DNA from: Trichomonas gallinae
Lineage: Eukaryota
Assembly: GCA_008369845.1 (NCBI GenBank)
Contig: MRSU01005936.1
Coordinates: 1-64,000, forward strand
Direction of reading: 5' to 3'
DNA length: 64,000 nt
The notes under the pieces are model-generated. The model was not told the DNA's origin. It saw only the letters and a list, made by a program, of their open reading frames with translations, and searched no databases. Within the stretch, counting starts at the first letter, position 1. Each line of letters starts with the position of its first letter. Position numbers and translations under genes: made by a program. This document shows, piece after piece, positions 54,971-63,803 of this stretch.

Positions 54971-55124
54971 AAAAAAAAAAAAAAGATCTCTTGCGGGCCT
55001 TTAACAAGTGTGCTACCATACGGTAGCTTCTTGAATCGTGGTGAGCCAAAAAGTAAAGTCCACTTTTAAACATTTTAGGTTCACAAAGTTCTCAAAATTG
55101 AGAGAATGTGGACTTTACCTTTTG
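54971..55124 (-). other. Structured non-coding segment (candidate small RNA or MITE remnant)
   Basis: 16/17-bp inverted repeat at 55047-55063 / 55108-55124; GCTACC-4nt-GGTAGC hairpin at 55012-55027; T14 run at the 3' end of the minus strand. Confidence 0.35.
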
Positions 55125-55419
55125 CGACTTTTATAAATGTTCATGACATTCATGATTATTTTACGCTAACTTGAATAATACAGAAATATAATATGCTAAG
55201 ATTCAAATCAAACAGATTTATCCAAAATTCAAATTCTTTCAATTTCAAATAATGCGAATTTCGAGTCATCGCATAATTACTTGTATTGTTTATATGTTGT
55301 ATCATGTACTGCTTAAATATATGATATATTGATATTTTTGATAAGGATGTATTTTGAATCAACCTAAAAGCTTTTCAAAATATCATGGGAAAACTTTTGA
55401 ATAATATATCATTATATCA

Positions 55420-56097
55420 ATGCGTGTTCTTATTCTCATTGCTCATGCTGACAATTCACACCAGGCAACAGCATTTCGTCTTGCAAAGGCAGCAAAGGAA
55501 GCATTACTTGAAGCAAAGCATGAAGTTCGCGAAGTTATTCTCCATGAAGTTGGATTTAGCCAAGGTTTGACAGAAAATGATTTTAAAGTCAAAAAGACAG
55601 AAAACTTCAACTATCTTGTTAATATGCAAGACAATAATTTAATTGATCTTATTTATCAACAGGCTGAACATGTCAAATGGTGCACCAATATTCTTGTTTT
55701 TGGTCCCATGTGGTGTTACAGATTCCCGGCTTGCTTCCATTCATGGATTGAGAGAGTTTTGATATCTGCTCCTGGTGAAGGCAAGAAAGTATCCATGGTT
55801 ATCACTAATGACTCAGATGAGAAAAATTATTCGAAGAATGGCGTTGGTTCTCTTGAACAATTCCTATTTTCTGAATATGTTGCATTTACTAATAGTAAGT
55901 TTATTGTTACAAGACCACTCGGTTATTATCATGCTGGAATATGCACAATTCCTGATCCAGAAAAAGAAAAGGCTTGGATTGCAAAATTCAAGAAAGCAGT
56001 CATTCAACTTGATCAGTGGCAATTGTGGGGAACGAATAATAACGAGCCACCACTTAACCCAGAAACAATTCTTGAGCCTGGTGAGCCAAAATTATAA
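55420..56097 (+). CDS. Flavodoxin-like fold NAD(P)H oxidoreductase (trichomonad flavin reductase family)
   Basis: MRVLILIAH, ILVFGPMWCYRFPACFHSWIERV, GKKVSMVIT (Flavodoxin_2/NQO-like). Confidence 0.88.
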   Translation: MRVLILIAHADNSHQATAFRLAKAAKEALLEAKHEVREVILHEVGFSQGLTENDFKVKKTENFNYLVNMQDNNLIDLIYQQAEHVKWCTNILVFGPMWCYRFPACFHSWIERVLISAPGEGKKVSMVITNDSDEKNYSKNGVGSLEQFLFSEYVAFTNSKFIVTRPLGYYHAGICTIPDPEKEKAWIAKFKKAVIQLDQWQLWGTNNNEPPLNPETILEPGEPKL

Positions 56098-56256
56098 AAC
56101 GATATTTTTATTTCTGAATAAAATTATTAACTCTTAACTTATGTATAATTTCTCTTCATTTTACCAAATGTTCTGATTACATTTCAAGTTATTTTTTGAT
56201 ATGAGATATATCATAAGAATGGATCAAATGTTATTAACTATCTAGAATGTATTCAT

Positions 56257-56460
56257 TACATCGTAGCAAGCTCATCTGTGATTATATATAGATTATTTGC
56301 CAATGATTCTAAAGCTCAAAAAACCAAATTTGCATGTAAAGTTGGTGGACAATTGTTATGAAATATCTACATCTTAACAAGCTCGTATGCGTTTATTCAT
56401 ATATTACTTGCCAATGTTTCTAAATCAAAAAATATTTTTTCATGTAAAGTTGGTGAATAA
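56257..56460 (+). repeat. Degenerate 111-bp tandem duplication, possibly decayed ankyrin-like coding repeats
   Basis: TACATC..CAAGCTC..TGCCAATG..CATGTAAAGTTGGTG at 56257 and 56368. Confidence 0.6.
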
Positions 56461-56569
56461 ACCTGACAGTCAGTGCCAAAAGTTGTCTAGATTCGGTTTG
56501 TTCAGTTTGAGACAGGTTTGTCCGCTCATTTTATATAAAAATGCAAAATGGAAATAATAAAAAGTGTCA

Positions 56570-57100
56570 ATGTCTATTCGTCACTTTCCGCATGTTCAAG
56601 GTCAGTGGGTGACACATGTTTGTCTTGAAATCGAAATAGACCATAAGTATTTAGTTGTCCCTGAAGGGTTTAAACCTCTGTTTGGAGATGATCAGAAGCT
56701 GCATGTTTCATTATCCCCTTTATTTTCATTAAAACATTTCCAAGTTAAAGCTTTTAAGAAATCTTGCGAGAATTTGGCGAAATTGTTGAGTAGACAATGC
56801 ATAATGTTTGAGGGAGGAGTATATCTGATTGATTCATCGAAATCATCTACTTTTTATGCTTTAACAATCAAAGATAAGAATTCATTTAAAGATATTAAGC
56901 TGAAATTTGACAAAGTAATTGATTTATATAAACCAAAATTTTTGGAGCAATTTGAGAATGAGATAATTCATATGTCTATCGCAAGGTCCCAAGATATATA
57001 TGAGAATGAAGCTCCAAAGCATAATCCAATATTAGGGATTTGCACAAAGCTAGTTTGCACAATAGGAGGTGAGAAAACGCAATTCTTTCTAGATGCCTAA
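56570..57100 (+). CDS. USB1: U6 snRNA phosphodiesterase (2H family)
   Basis: IRHFPHVQGQWVTHV plus two HxS motifs (LHVSLS, IHMSIA); ATG at 56570. Confidence 0.88.
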   Translation: MSIRHFPHVQGQWVTHVCLEIEIDHKYLVVPEGFKPLFGDDQKLHVSLSPLFSLKHFQVKAFKKSCENLAKLLSRQCIMFEGGVYLIDSSKSSTFYALTIKDKNSFKDIKLKFDKVIDLYKPKFLEQFENEIIHMSIARSQDIYENEAPKHNPILGICTKLVCTIGGEKTQFFLDA

Positions 57101-57447
57101 TCCATCATACAGAAACTAGCTCATTTAATTTACTTTATTGAAAACCAAAAATATATGATCTTAGAAAGGTTAAATATAGGAAGAGAGATATATGCATATC
57201 ACCTAGAAATGTAGAAATGTCATATGAAATGATAAGGTTGGAGATCAAAATTAGATAAAAAATGAAAAATTTTTGTTTGTATTTAAGTAAAAATATAGTA
57301 TATCAATAGGAAGATATAAAAACTAAATTAAATGAAGTTGAAGTAAATTTTTAAAATTTACATGACATATTTTCCGATTTTACGTGACAAAATGACATAT
57401 TTTTAAAAATTGTTTGCGGTTTCTCTATCGACCAATTAAACTAAAAA

Positions 57448-58620
57448 ATGGAAGAGAACCCAATAGTTCAGCGCCTTACACAAATTGTCAATGAAATCAA
57501 CCCATCGAATGTTCATCAATCCATCTGTTCGTTTTACGATATTCACGAGAAATTTACAGAAGAGATAATCAATCAATTTGCGCAAAAACTTAATCTCACT
57601 ATTCCACCAACACAGAAACCAGACGGATTGTCAGTCAACCAGTATATTATTGCTGCTCTCCCGTTTGTTATGTTTTTATTCGATCAGGAAAGAAAAGCAG
57701 ATCTTGTCGAATTTCTTAAATACATTCTTTCTTACATAGATACACAGGATATTCCAAGACAATTCGATAGACTTACAGCCAAGTTCTATTTCTTCTTCTC
57801 ATTAGTTGCTGAAGATCCACTTTCTACTCTCCTCGCTGCTTATCGCCGCTCCTGCGACTCACACTTCCACCAGACACAAGCAACAATCGCAAACTGCATT
57901 CTTAAGCGCTATATCGACATCGGAGGATATTCTCTCGCTTTATCTTTCCTTAAGCACTGCAATTTCCCAGCTGATGCTTCTCCAGCACAGCTTGGTCGTT
58001 ACCACTTCTTCGTCGGCCATCTTAAGGCAATTACTCTCGAATACGCCGAAGCTCAATATCATCTTCAGCTTTCTCTTCGCCGTGCTCCACAAAATCGTTA
58101 CAGTGCCCAGTTCAGAGGCCTCGTTACACGCCATCTCATGGTTGTTATGATGCTTCAGGGCCAAGTTCCAGCAAGATCAATGCTTCTTGATACACCAGTT
58201 TATCTTGACCTCGCTCGCAGTATTCTTAAGGGTGATGTCATTGCTTTCCAGGAAGTTGCTTCATCAAAGGAGTTCGAGGAAGATGGCCTTGCTCCTTTAG
58301 TTCAGCGCCTCAGATCATCTGTTATTCTTGCTGGCCTTACAATGATTTCTCACTGCTACAGCAGAATTAGCTTTGCTGATATTGCAGAATTCCTTCATAT
58401 CGGTAGTGCCGAAGATGCTGAAGGTTTTTGCGCCAAGGCTGCTGCTGATGGCCTTATCGATGCAATCATCGAGCATGAGACTGGTTGCTTGATTTCAATG
58501 AGTGGAAAGGAAGATATATCTGCTGGATTCGGAGAAAGATTGAACAAAGATATCCAAGATTGCTTCGGAATTAGAGAAGATACTCAGAGAACAATGCATG
58601 AAGAAGCTGTTACCGATTAA
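57448..58620 (+). CDS. RPN3: 26S proteasome lid subunit Rpn3 (PSMD3)
   Basis: GRYHFFVGHLKAITLEYAEA...LRRAPQ; YSRISFADIA; EDAEGFCAKAAADGLIDAIIEHE. Confidence 0.92.
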   Translation: MEENPIVQRLTQIVNEINPSNVHQSICSFYDIHEKFTEEIINQFAQKLNLTIPPTQKPDGLSVNQYIIAALPFVMFLFDQERKADLVEFLKYILSYIDTQDIPRQFDRLTAKFYFFFSLVAEDPLSTLLAAYRRSCDSHFHQTQATIANCILKRYIDIGGYSLALSFLKHCNFPADASPAQLGRYHFFVGHLKAITLEYAEAQYHLQLSLRRAPQNRYSAQFRGLVTRHLMVVMMLQGQVPARSMLLDTPVYLDLARSILKGDVIAFQEVASSKEFEEDGLAPLVQRLRSSVILAGLTMISHCYSRISFADIAEFLHIGSAEDAEGFCAKAAADGLIDAIIEHETGCLISMSGKEDISAGFGERLNKDIQDCFGIREDTQRTMHEEAVTD

Positions 58621-59124
58621 ATTACTTTTTATTTAGAGAAAATTATAATTATTTTTAGCTACTTACAAATCTTACACTAAAATTGCTTTCTATGTCAACA
58701 AAACTCTTCATTTACCTTCTTTTCATCTTAGAATCTCTTGCTTTATTTTTTGGATTGTTTAGAAGAATTTAAAAATTAATATAAAATAACCGAGTTTGCA
58801 GATGATTTTTTGCGAATTTTGAAAATACAAATAATCAAAGAATCTTTAAAATAGATTTGTTTTAGAAGTAGATTAATAGTTTGTAGAAAAATCAATTATG
58901 GCCTAATTTTATTTTTCATTTTTAGAGATTTTTGAATTTTTTGTAATAAAAATGAATATAATATCTTTAAATTGCTTATATACAAAATCCCAAAGCTTTT
59001 TAAAATCACAATAATTTATAGTGAGTTGTTGGATTTTATTGCATATTTGGATGTTAAATACATCAGAAACCCTAAATATGATAAAATTGGGCGGATTTAA
59101 CAAATAAAATCTTATAAAATCATA

Positions 59125-59132
59125 AAAGTGAC
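59125..59132 (+). promoter_or_regulatory. AAAGTGAC (M2-type) core promoter motif
   Basis: Two bases before the HydF ATG; the same octamer flanks seven other starts in this window. Confidence 0.7.
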
Positions 59133-59134
59133 AA

Positions 59135-60442
59135 ATGCTTTCATCAATTGGGCGATTTTTTGCTAAGAAATCGCAGGATCTTCCGCGCACACATATATCC
59201 ATGGTCGGGTTCATGAACGCCGGAAAATCCACCGTTATGAATGCTATCACACAACAGCCAACATCTATCGTCGATTCTACACCGGGAACAACAGCAGATA
59301 CGAAAGTGGCTCTTATGGAAATCCACTCTCTCGGACCCTGCAAACTCATCGATACTGCTGGTATCGATGAAAAAGGAGTTCTTGGCCGCAAAAAATACAT
59401 AAAAACATCATCCGCAGTTAAAGAAAGCGATATTGTGCTTTTCGTCATAGATCCGACTAATTTCGATCCAGAGCCATTCAAGGATGTCTGCAATCTTGCT
59501 ACTCGCCGTGGAAAGAAGGTCGCTGTCATTCTTAATAAATTCCAAAATAAATTAGATCAATTTGAAAGAACACACAACATGGTGAAGACTGAAATGCAGA
59601 AAGTACTTAACTCAAATGTACCTATTTTGGTCGTTGACGCTCATAAATCGAAGGAAGCAAACAAACCAATCGTACAGTTCATCTCTTCGCTCATCAAAGC
59701 GCAGAAGAAGATTCCAGTACTACCACCTAAGTTCTTAGGACCAAACAAATCCCTCTTCTTAAACATTCCTTTGGATATTGAATCTCCAAGCGGAAGACTT
59801 TTGCGCCCACAGACAATGATGCTTGAATTCGCATTACGCAAGGAGTCCCCTGTTACATGCTTCTGCATGAATCTCAAGAAAGCAAGATCAAAAACATACG
59901 AAGCTGAAGAAGAAAGAATCAGATTCTTGAAATCGCTCGAGTCTTCATCTCCATCTCTCGTTGTTACTGATTCTCAAGCCATTGACGTTATGTCAAAATG
60001 GACACCAGATAATTTCCCATTAACAACATTCTCCATCGCTATGGCTAACATCCAGTCAGATGGAAACCTCAAACAATTCATTCGCGGCATTGATACACTT
60101 GCAAATTTGAAGAAAGGTGACAGAGTTTTAATTTGCGAAGCTTGCAACCACGATAGAATTGCTGATGATATCGGAACTGTTCAGATTCCAACGAAGCTGA
60201 AGAAGATGTACCCAGATGTTGAAATCGATTGGGCTTTCGGAAGAGCTTATGAGGACAAGAATCTTAAGGATTACACTCTCGCACTTCACTGCGGCGGATG
60301 CATGATCTCAAAGCAGCAAATGATGGCTAGAATCCAAGATTTGGCTGAAAGTGGAATTCCAATTTCAAATTACGGCCTCGCTCTCAGCTGGCTGACAAGT
60401 CCAAAGGCTTTCGAAAGAGTTCTTAGACCATGGAAAGAATAA
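59135..60442 (+). CDS. hydF: [FeFe]-hydrogenase maturation GTPase HydF, hydrogenosomal
   Basis: GFMNAGKS, GTT, DTAG, PSGRLLRPQ, VTDSQA, LTTFSI, EACNH and HCGGC Fe-S ligands; presequence MLSSIGRF. Confidence 0.96.
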   Translation: MLSSIGRFFAKKSQDLPRTHISMVGFMNAGKSTVMNAITQQPTSIVDSTPGTTADTKVALMEIHSLGPCKLIDTAGIDEKGVLGRKKYIKTSSAVKESDIVLFVIDPTNFDPEPFKDVCNLATRRGKKVAVILNKFQNKLDQFERTHNMVKTEMQKVLNSNVPILVVDAHKSKEANKPIVQFISSLIKAQKKIPVLPPKFLGPNKSLFLNIPLDIESPSGRLLRPQTMMLEFALRKESPVTCFCMNLKKARSKTYEAEEERIRFLKSLESSSPSLVVTDSQAIDVMSKWTPDNFPLTTFSIAMANIQSDGNLKQFIRGIDTLANLKKGDRVLICEACNHDRIADDIGTVQIPTKLKKMYPDVEIDWAFGRAYEDKNLKDYTLALHCGGCMISKQQMMARIQDLAESGIPISNYGLALSWLTSPKAFERVLRPWKE

Positions 60443-60626
60443 AATTTAGATGTGAATTTCAATCATTGTTTTTAATCCAATAATACTTAATACACAATAT
60501 CACCATCAAGAACAAATGATTTTATAGACAAAACATTCATTTTTCATTATGTTTTTATTTTATTTGATAAATTTTGGTTTTATTGAGTATAAACATAACA
60601 AATAGCTTTTATTCAAACAAATTGGG

Positions 60627-62030
60627 TTAGTCAAATGATAATCCAGCAAATAACGAATCTCCTTCAGATTCAAAATCTAATTGTCTCATTGTTTGCGCGT
60701 TAGACTTCGGCTGTGATCTACTTGGCGATGGTTTTGATTGCTTCTTTGGTGCCGTGTCTTCTAATAAAGCAGCAAACGAATCTGATTCTTCATCAACAAC
60801 AGCCATTGGTTTTGGAGGTGGTGGCTGTTTCTTAGGTGCAGGCTTAGGTTTATGATCTGATTCAAACAATAAGACGCCACTGCTTTCAGTTGATGATGCA
60901 AAATCGATTTTGTCGCTTTTAAGAGGCTGTGGCTTCTCTTCTGAGCTTGATGCGAAGCTAATGTGGTCATCATCCTTAGACTTAGGTGTATCAGGTCCGA
61001 AAATGAGCTCATCGGACTTCTTTTGTTCAGAATCAGTAGCGAAACTGATTTCGTCGCTTTTCTTCTTCGCTGGTGTTTTCTTTTCTTCTAAGTCTGTTGC
61101 AAATGAAGGCTGCTGCTGTGTGGCACTTGTTGGTGTTGGCGTTGTATTTCCTGTTCTTCTTGTTCTTGTTGGTGATTTTGTATCTGTAGGAGATTTGTTT
61201 GCAACTGGAGATTTTTTATCTGATGGTGATTTCTTATCCTCTGGAGAGCCTCCAGCCCATTGATTAATGATAATATCATCATCTGATTCATCGATATTCT
61301 TTGTAATAATTTTTGGTGGTTTCTGAGGTGTTTCTTCCTTGGCTTCCTCCTCTTCTTCGTTAACAGATTCTTCTTCTGGTTGTTTTTCATTAACTTCTTC
61401 TTTTTGTTCAATTATTACTTCTTGTTCTGTGTTTTGTGGTGAAATATGTTGTGATTTTTCTTCCTCTTGTTTATCATCATTATTTCCCATGATTGAATTT
61501 GGAAGAATATCTTCTCCCAAAAATATGATAATCGTATCACTGTATTTTTCGCATACAACTGTAAGAACTATCCATATAAGTAGGATAGAAAGAAGAATGT
61601 CATGAACTTCTAGAGTTCTTCTGTATATAAAAAAGTCTTGGATATGAACTGCGGGATAAACTGTGCTGAAGATGTTTTTGAGGTATTCAGATGAATCAAG
61701 AGACATATAATTTCGCATTCTGTAAATGTATTCGAGTCTTTTCTGTGAAGTTGTAAGGTAAATTAACATCAAGCCAAACGAAATCGTTAATAACATCGAA
61801 AAAACGAAATTTCCTTGTGTCCTTTTGTTTTTCTTTTTATATAATGCGTATGAGTTGTATAAACAAAGTAATGATGATAATCCCCACAAAATTGAAATTA
61901 CTAAGTGTCCTGAACCGGCAATTATAGTCCAAAACGAATCCGAGTATATAATTATGAGATATAAACATGAACATAACGGAATTAATGGAAGAAAAGACTT
62001 GAGGAGACGAAAAAGCTCCGCAAGTAACAT
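60627..62030 (-). CDS. Membrane protein: four N-terminal TM segments and a long acidic/Pro-rich disordered tail
   Basis: Hydrophobic segments in the first ~160 aa; tail with repeated I.FA(T/S)(D/S) and SP.(D/N)K motifs. Confidence 0.85.
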   Translation of the reverse strand: MLLAELFRLLKSFLPLIPLCSCLYLIIIYSDSFWTIIAGSGHLVISILWGLSSLLCLYNSYALYKKKNKRTQGNFVFSMLLTISFGLMLIYLTTSQKRLEYIYRMRNYMSLDSSEYLKNIFSTVYPAVHIQDFFIYRRTLEVHDILLSILLIWIVLTVVCEKYSDTIIIFLGEDILPNSIMGNNDDKQEEEKSQHISPQNTEQEVIIEQKEEVNEKQPEEESVNEEEEEAKEETPQKPPKIITKNIDESDDDIIINQWAGGSPEDKKSPSDKKSPVANKSPTDTKSPTRTRRTGNTTPTPTSATQQQPSFATDLEEKKTPAKKKSDEISFATDSEQKKSDELIFGPDTPKSKDDDHISFASSSEEKPQPLKSDKIDFASSTESSGVLLFESDHKPKPAPKKQPPPPKPMAVVDEESDSFAALLEDTAPKKQSKPSPSRSQPKSNAQTMRQLDFESEGDSLFAGLSFD

Positions 62031-62092
62031 TTTTTTTTCTAAACGTCCAGTTTTCCAAACTTTTTGACAACATTTTTGACAAATAAAATCAT

Positions 62093-62444
62093 TTTACATT
62101 TCATTTTCTCACAAATATTAATTTTTACATGTCATTTTTCATATTTACATAACAGTTTTACAAAACATTCATTTACATGACAAATTTATTGGAATTTTGA
62201 AATATTTACATGACAAATAAAACTATTATCACTTTTCAGATTTACCAAACAATTTTTACACGACAAAAACAAATTTTATACGACAAATTTATTTGAATTT
62301 TTCAAATTTACATGACAAAATCAATTTTATGTGACAAATATACATCGCAGGAAAAGAAATTTTTACATGTCATCTTTATTTATTACATGACAAAATATAA
62401 CGATTTGAATATTTTATATGACAAAATAATAATTACATGACAAA
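62093..62444. repeat. Array of TTTACATGACA-like motifs in a divergent promoter
   Basis: At least 12 same-orientation copies, listed in the findings. Confidence 0.9.
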
Positions 62445-62471
62445 ATTTTCAAAAGACAATTTTTATTTGTT

Positions 62472-63803
62472 ATGATAGATCCAGCATTAGACGAAATATC
62501 CAAAGCAGTAGTATTACGTAAAGGAACTTTCTCCAAAGATTGTCCGTGGTGTAATGGCAAAGAATACCAACATAATAGTACTTATTTATGCCTTCATCGA
62601 GAAATTCTAGATTTCACAAGATGGATTCTTCCGAGCGAAAAGGAAAAACATTTAAGATTTTTAGTAATTAAACGTTTTCAAGTTGCTATTAAACAGTTAT
62701 GGCCGAATGCAAAAGTTATATGTCATGGATCAACAGCTACGGGAACATTTTTACCAAATGGCGATTTAGATTTTTGCGTTGTTGGACTTCCTGAAGTTAA
62801 TGAACTCGAATTGCTTGAAGAATTAAATGACCATCTTCGTAATCTACAGATTGTTGCTAAATCTACAGTTATTTCAGCTAAGTGTCCTATTATAAAAGGT
62901 GTTGAGAAACCATTTGGCTTCCACTTCGATATTTCAGTTAACAACGAAAACGGAATCCTTAATATTAGAAGAAATCTAGTATATTTCAAGAAATACCCAT
63001 CATTAGTTCCAATGCTGATGGTTTTGAAGATCTTCCTTTACCAAGAAAAACTTGATGAACCATTTAAAGGCGGAATTTCAAGTAATACGCTTATCCAGCT
63101 TTGTATATTTATTATACAAGCTTCCAAAACAGATGGCAGCATGAATTTAGGTCGTTTAATCGGTTCATTCTTCAGCATATTTGGTAGAAATTTCAATTAC
63201 TTTACTTGCGGCATTTCTACGCGCGAAGATGGCACGCTTTTCTCGCGCATTGATGCAAACAGGCTGAATTTCAAATCACCAGTCACTCTTTGCGTCGAAG
63301 ATCCACAGTTAATTGGAAACTTCCTTGGTGAGAACGCATTTGCTACTCCTGAGTTTCGTGCTGCTTGCAATGAAGCATGCAATAAGCTTTACAAGAGCAG
63401 CGAAGCTGAACAATCAATCATTCTTAGATTCCTCAAATTCCCAGGTGTTTTGGTAGCAATAAGAAATGAGTTACTCAAGCAATACGACTCGCTCCAAGGC
63501 ACACCAGTTGAAGGCTTCAAACTTTCGATCGGAAGAAGGGATGATAGGAAAGATGATGACAGAAGGTTCGACAGGGATGATAGAAGATTCGATAGAGACG
63601 ACAGACGATTTGACAGAGATGATAGAAAATTCTATGATAGGAGAAATGACAGAGATGATAGAAGAAATGATAGGAGATTTGATAGAGATGATCGTCCGCG
63701 CAACTTTGGTAACAGAAACAATGGAAATGGTAGATCATATTTCAAGATGGATTTCGATGATATCGATGGATTTAATAGAAGGAACCCAAAGAATAGACAT
63801 TAA
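62472..63803 (+). CDS. Trf4/PAPD5-like non-canonical poly(A) polymerase
   Basis: LHREILDF, HGSTATGTFLPNGDLDF, CPIIK, FDIS, GGISS, LCVEDP; D/R-rich C-terminal repeat. Confidence 0.92.
   Translation: MIDPALDEISKAVVLRKGTFSKDCPWCNGKEYQHNSTYLCLHREILDFTRWILPSEKEKHLRFLVIKRFQVAIKQLWPNAKVICHGSTATGTFLPNGDLDFCVVGLPEVNELELLEELNDHLRNLQIVAKSTVISAKCPIIKGVEKPFGFHFDISVNNENGILNIRRNLVYFKKYPSLVPMLMVLKIFLYQEKLDEPFKGGISSNTLIQLCIFIIQASKTDGSMNLGRLIGSFFSIFGRNFNYFTCGISTREDGTLFSRIDANRLNFKSPVTLCVEDPQLIGNFLGENAFATPEFRAACNEACNKLYKSSEAEQSIILRFLKFPGVLVAIRNELLKQYDSLQGTPVEGFKLSIGRRDDRKDDDRRFDRDDRRFDRDDRRFDRDDRKFYDRRNDRDDRRNDRRFDRDDRPRNFGNRNNGNGRSYFKMDFDDIDGFNRRNPKNRH

Noticed and set aside
54985..55020. Resemblance to U2 (GGCCTTT...CAAGTGT) or U5 loop I
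   Set aside because: Lacks the GTAGTA branch-pairing sequence, GGCTAAGATC and the invariant GCCTTTTAC.
55047..55124. RNase P/MRP CR-I-like AAAGTCC
   Set aside because: Its complement is only ~45 nt away in a simple hairpin, and no CR-V or other conserved regions were seen.
55420..60442. Redox gene cluster (flavin reductase plus HydF)
   Set aside because: The two are separated by unrelated USB1 and Rpn3 genes, with no sign of co-regulation.
49333..62450. CRISPR-like reading of the two motif arrays
   Set aside because: Units are short and degenerate, spacers are partly homologous, there are no cas genes and the context is eukaryotic.
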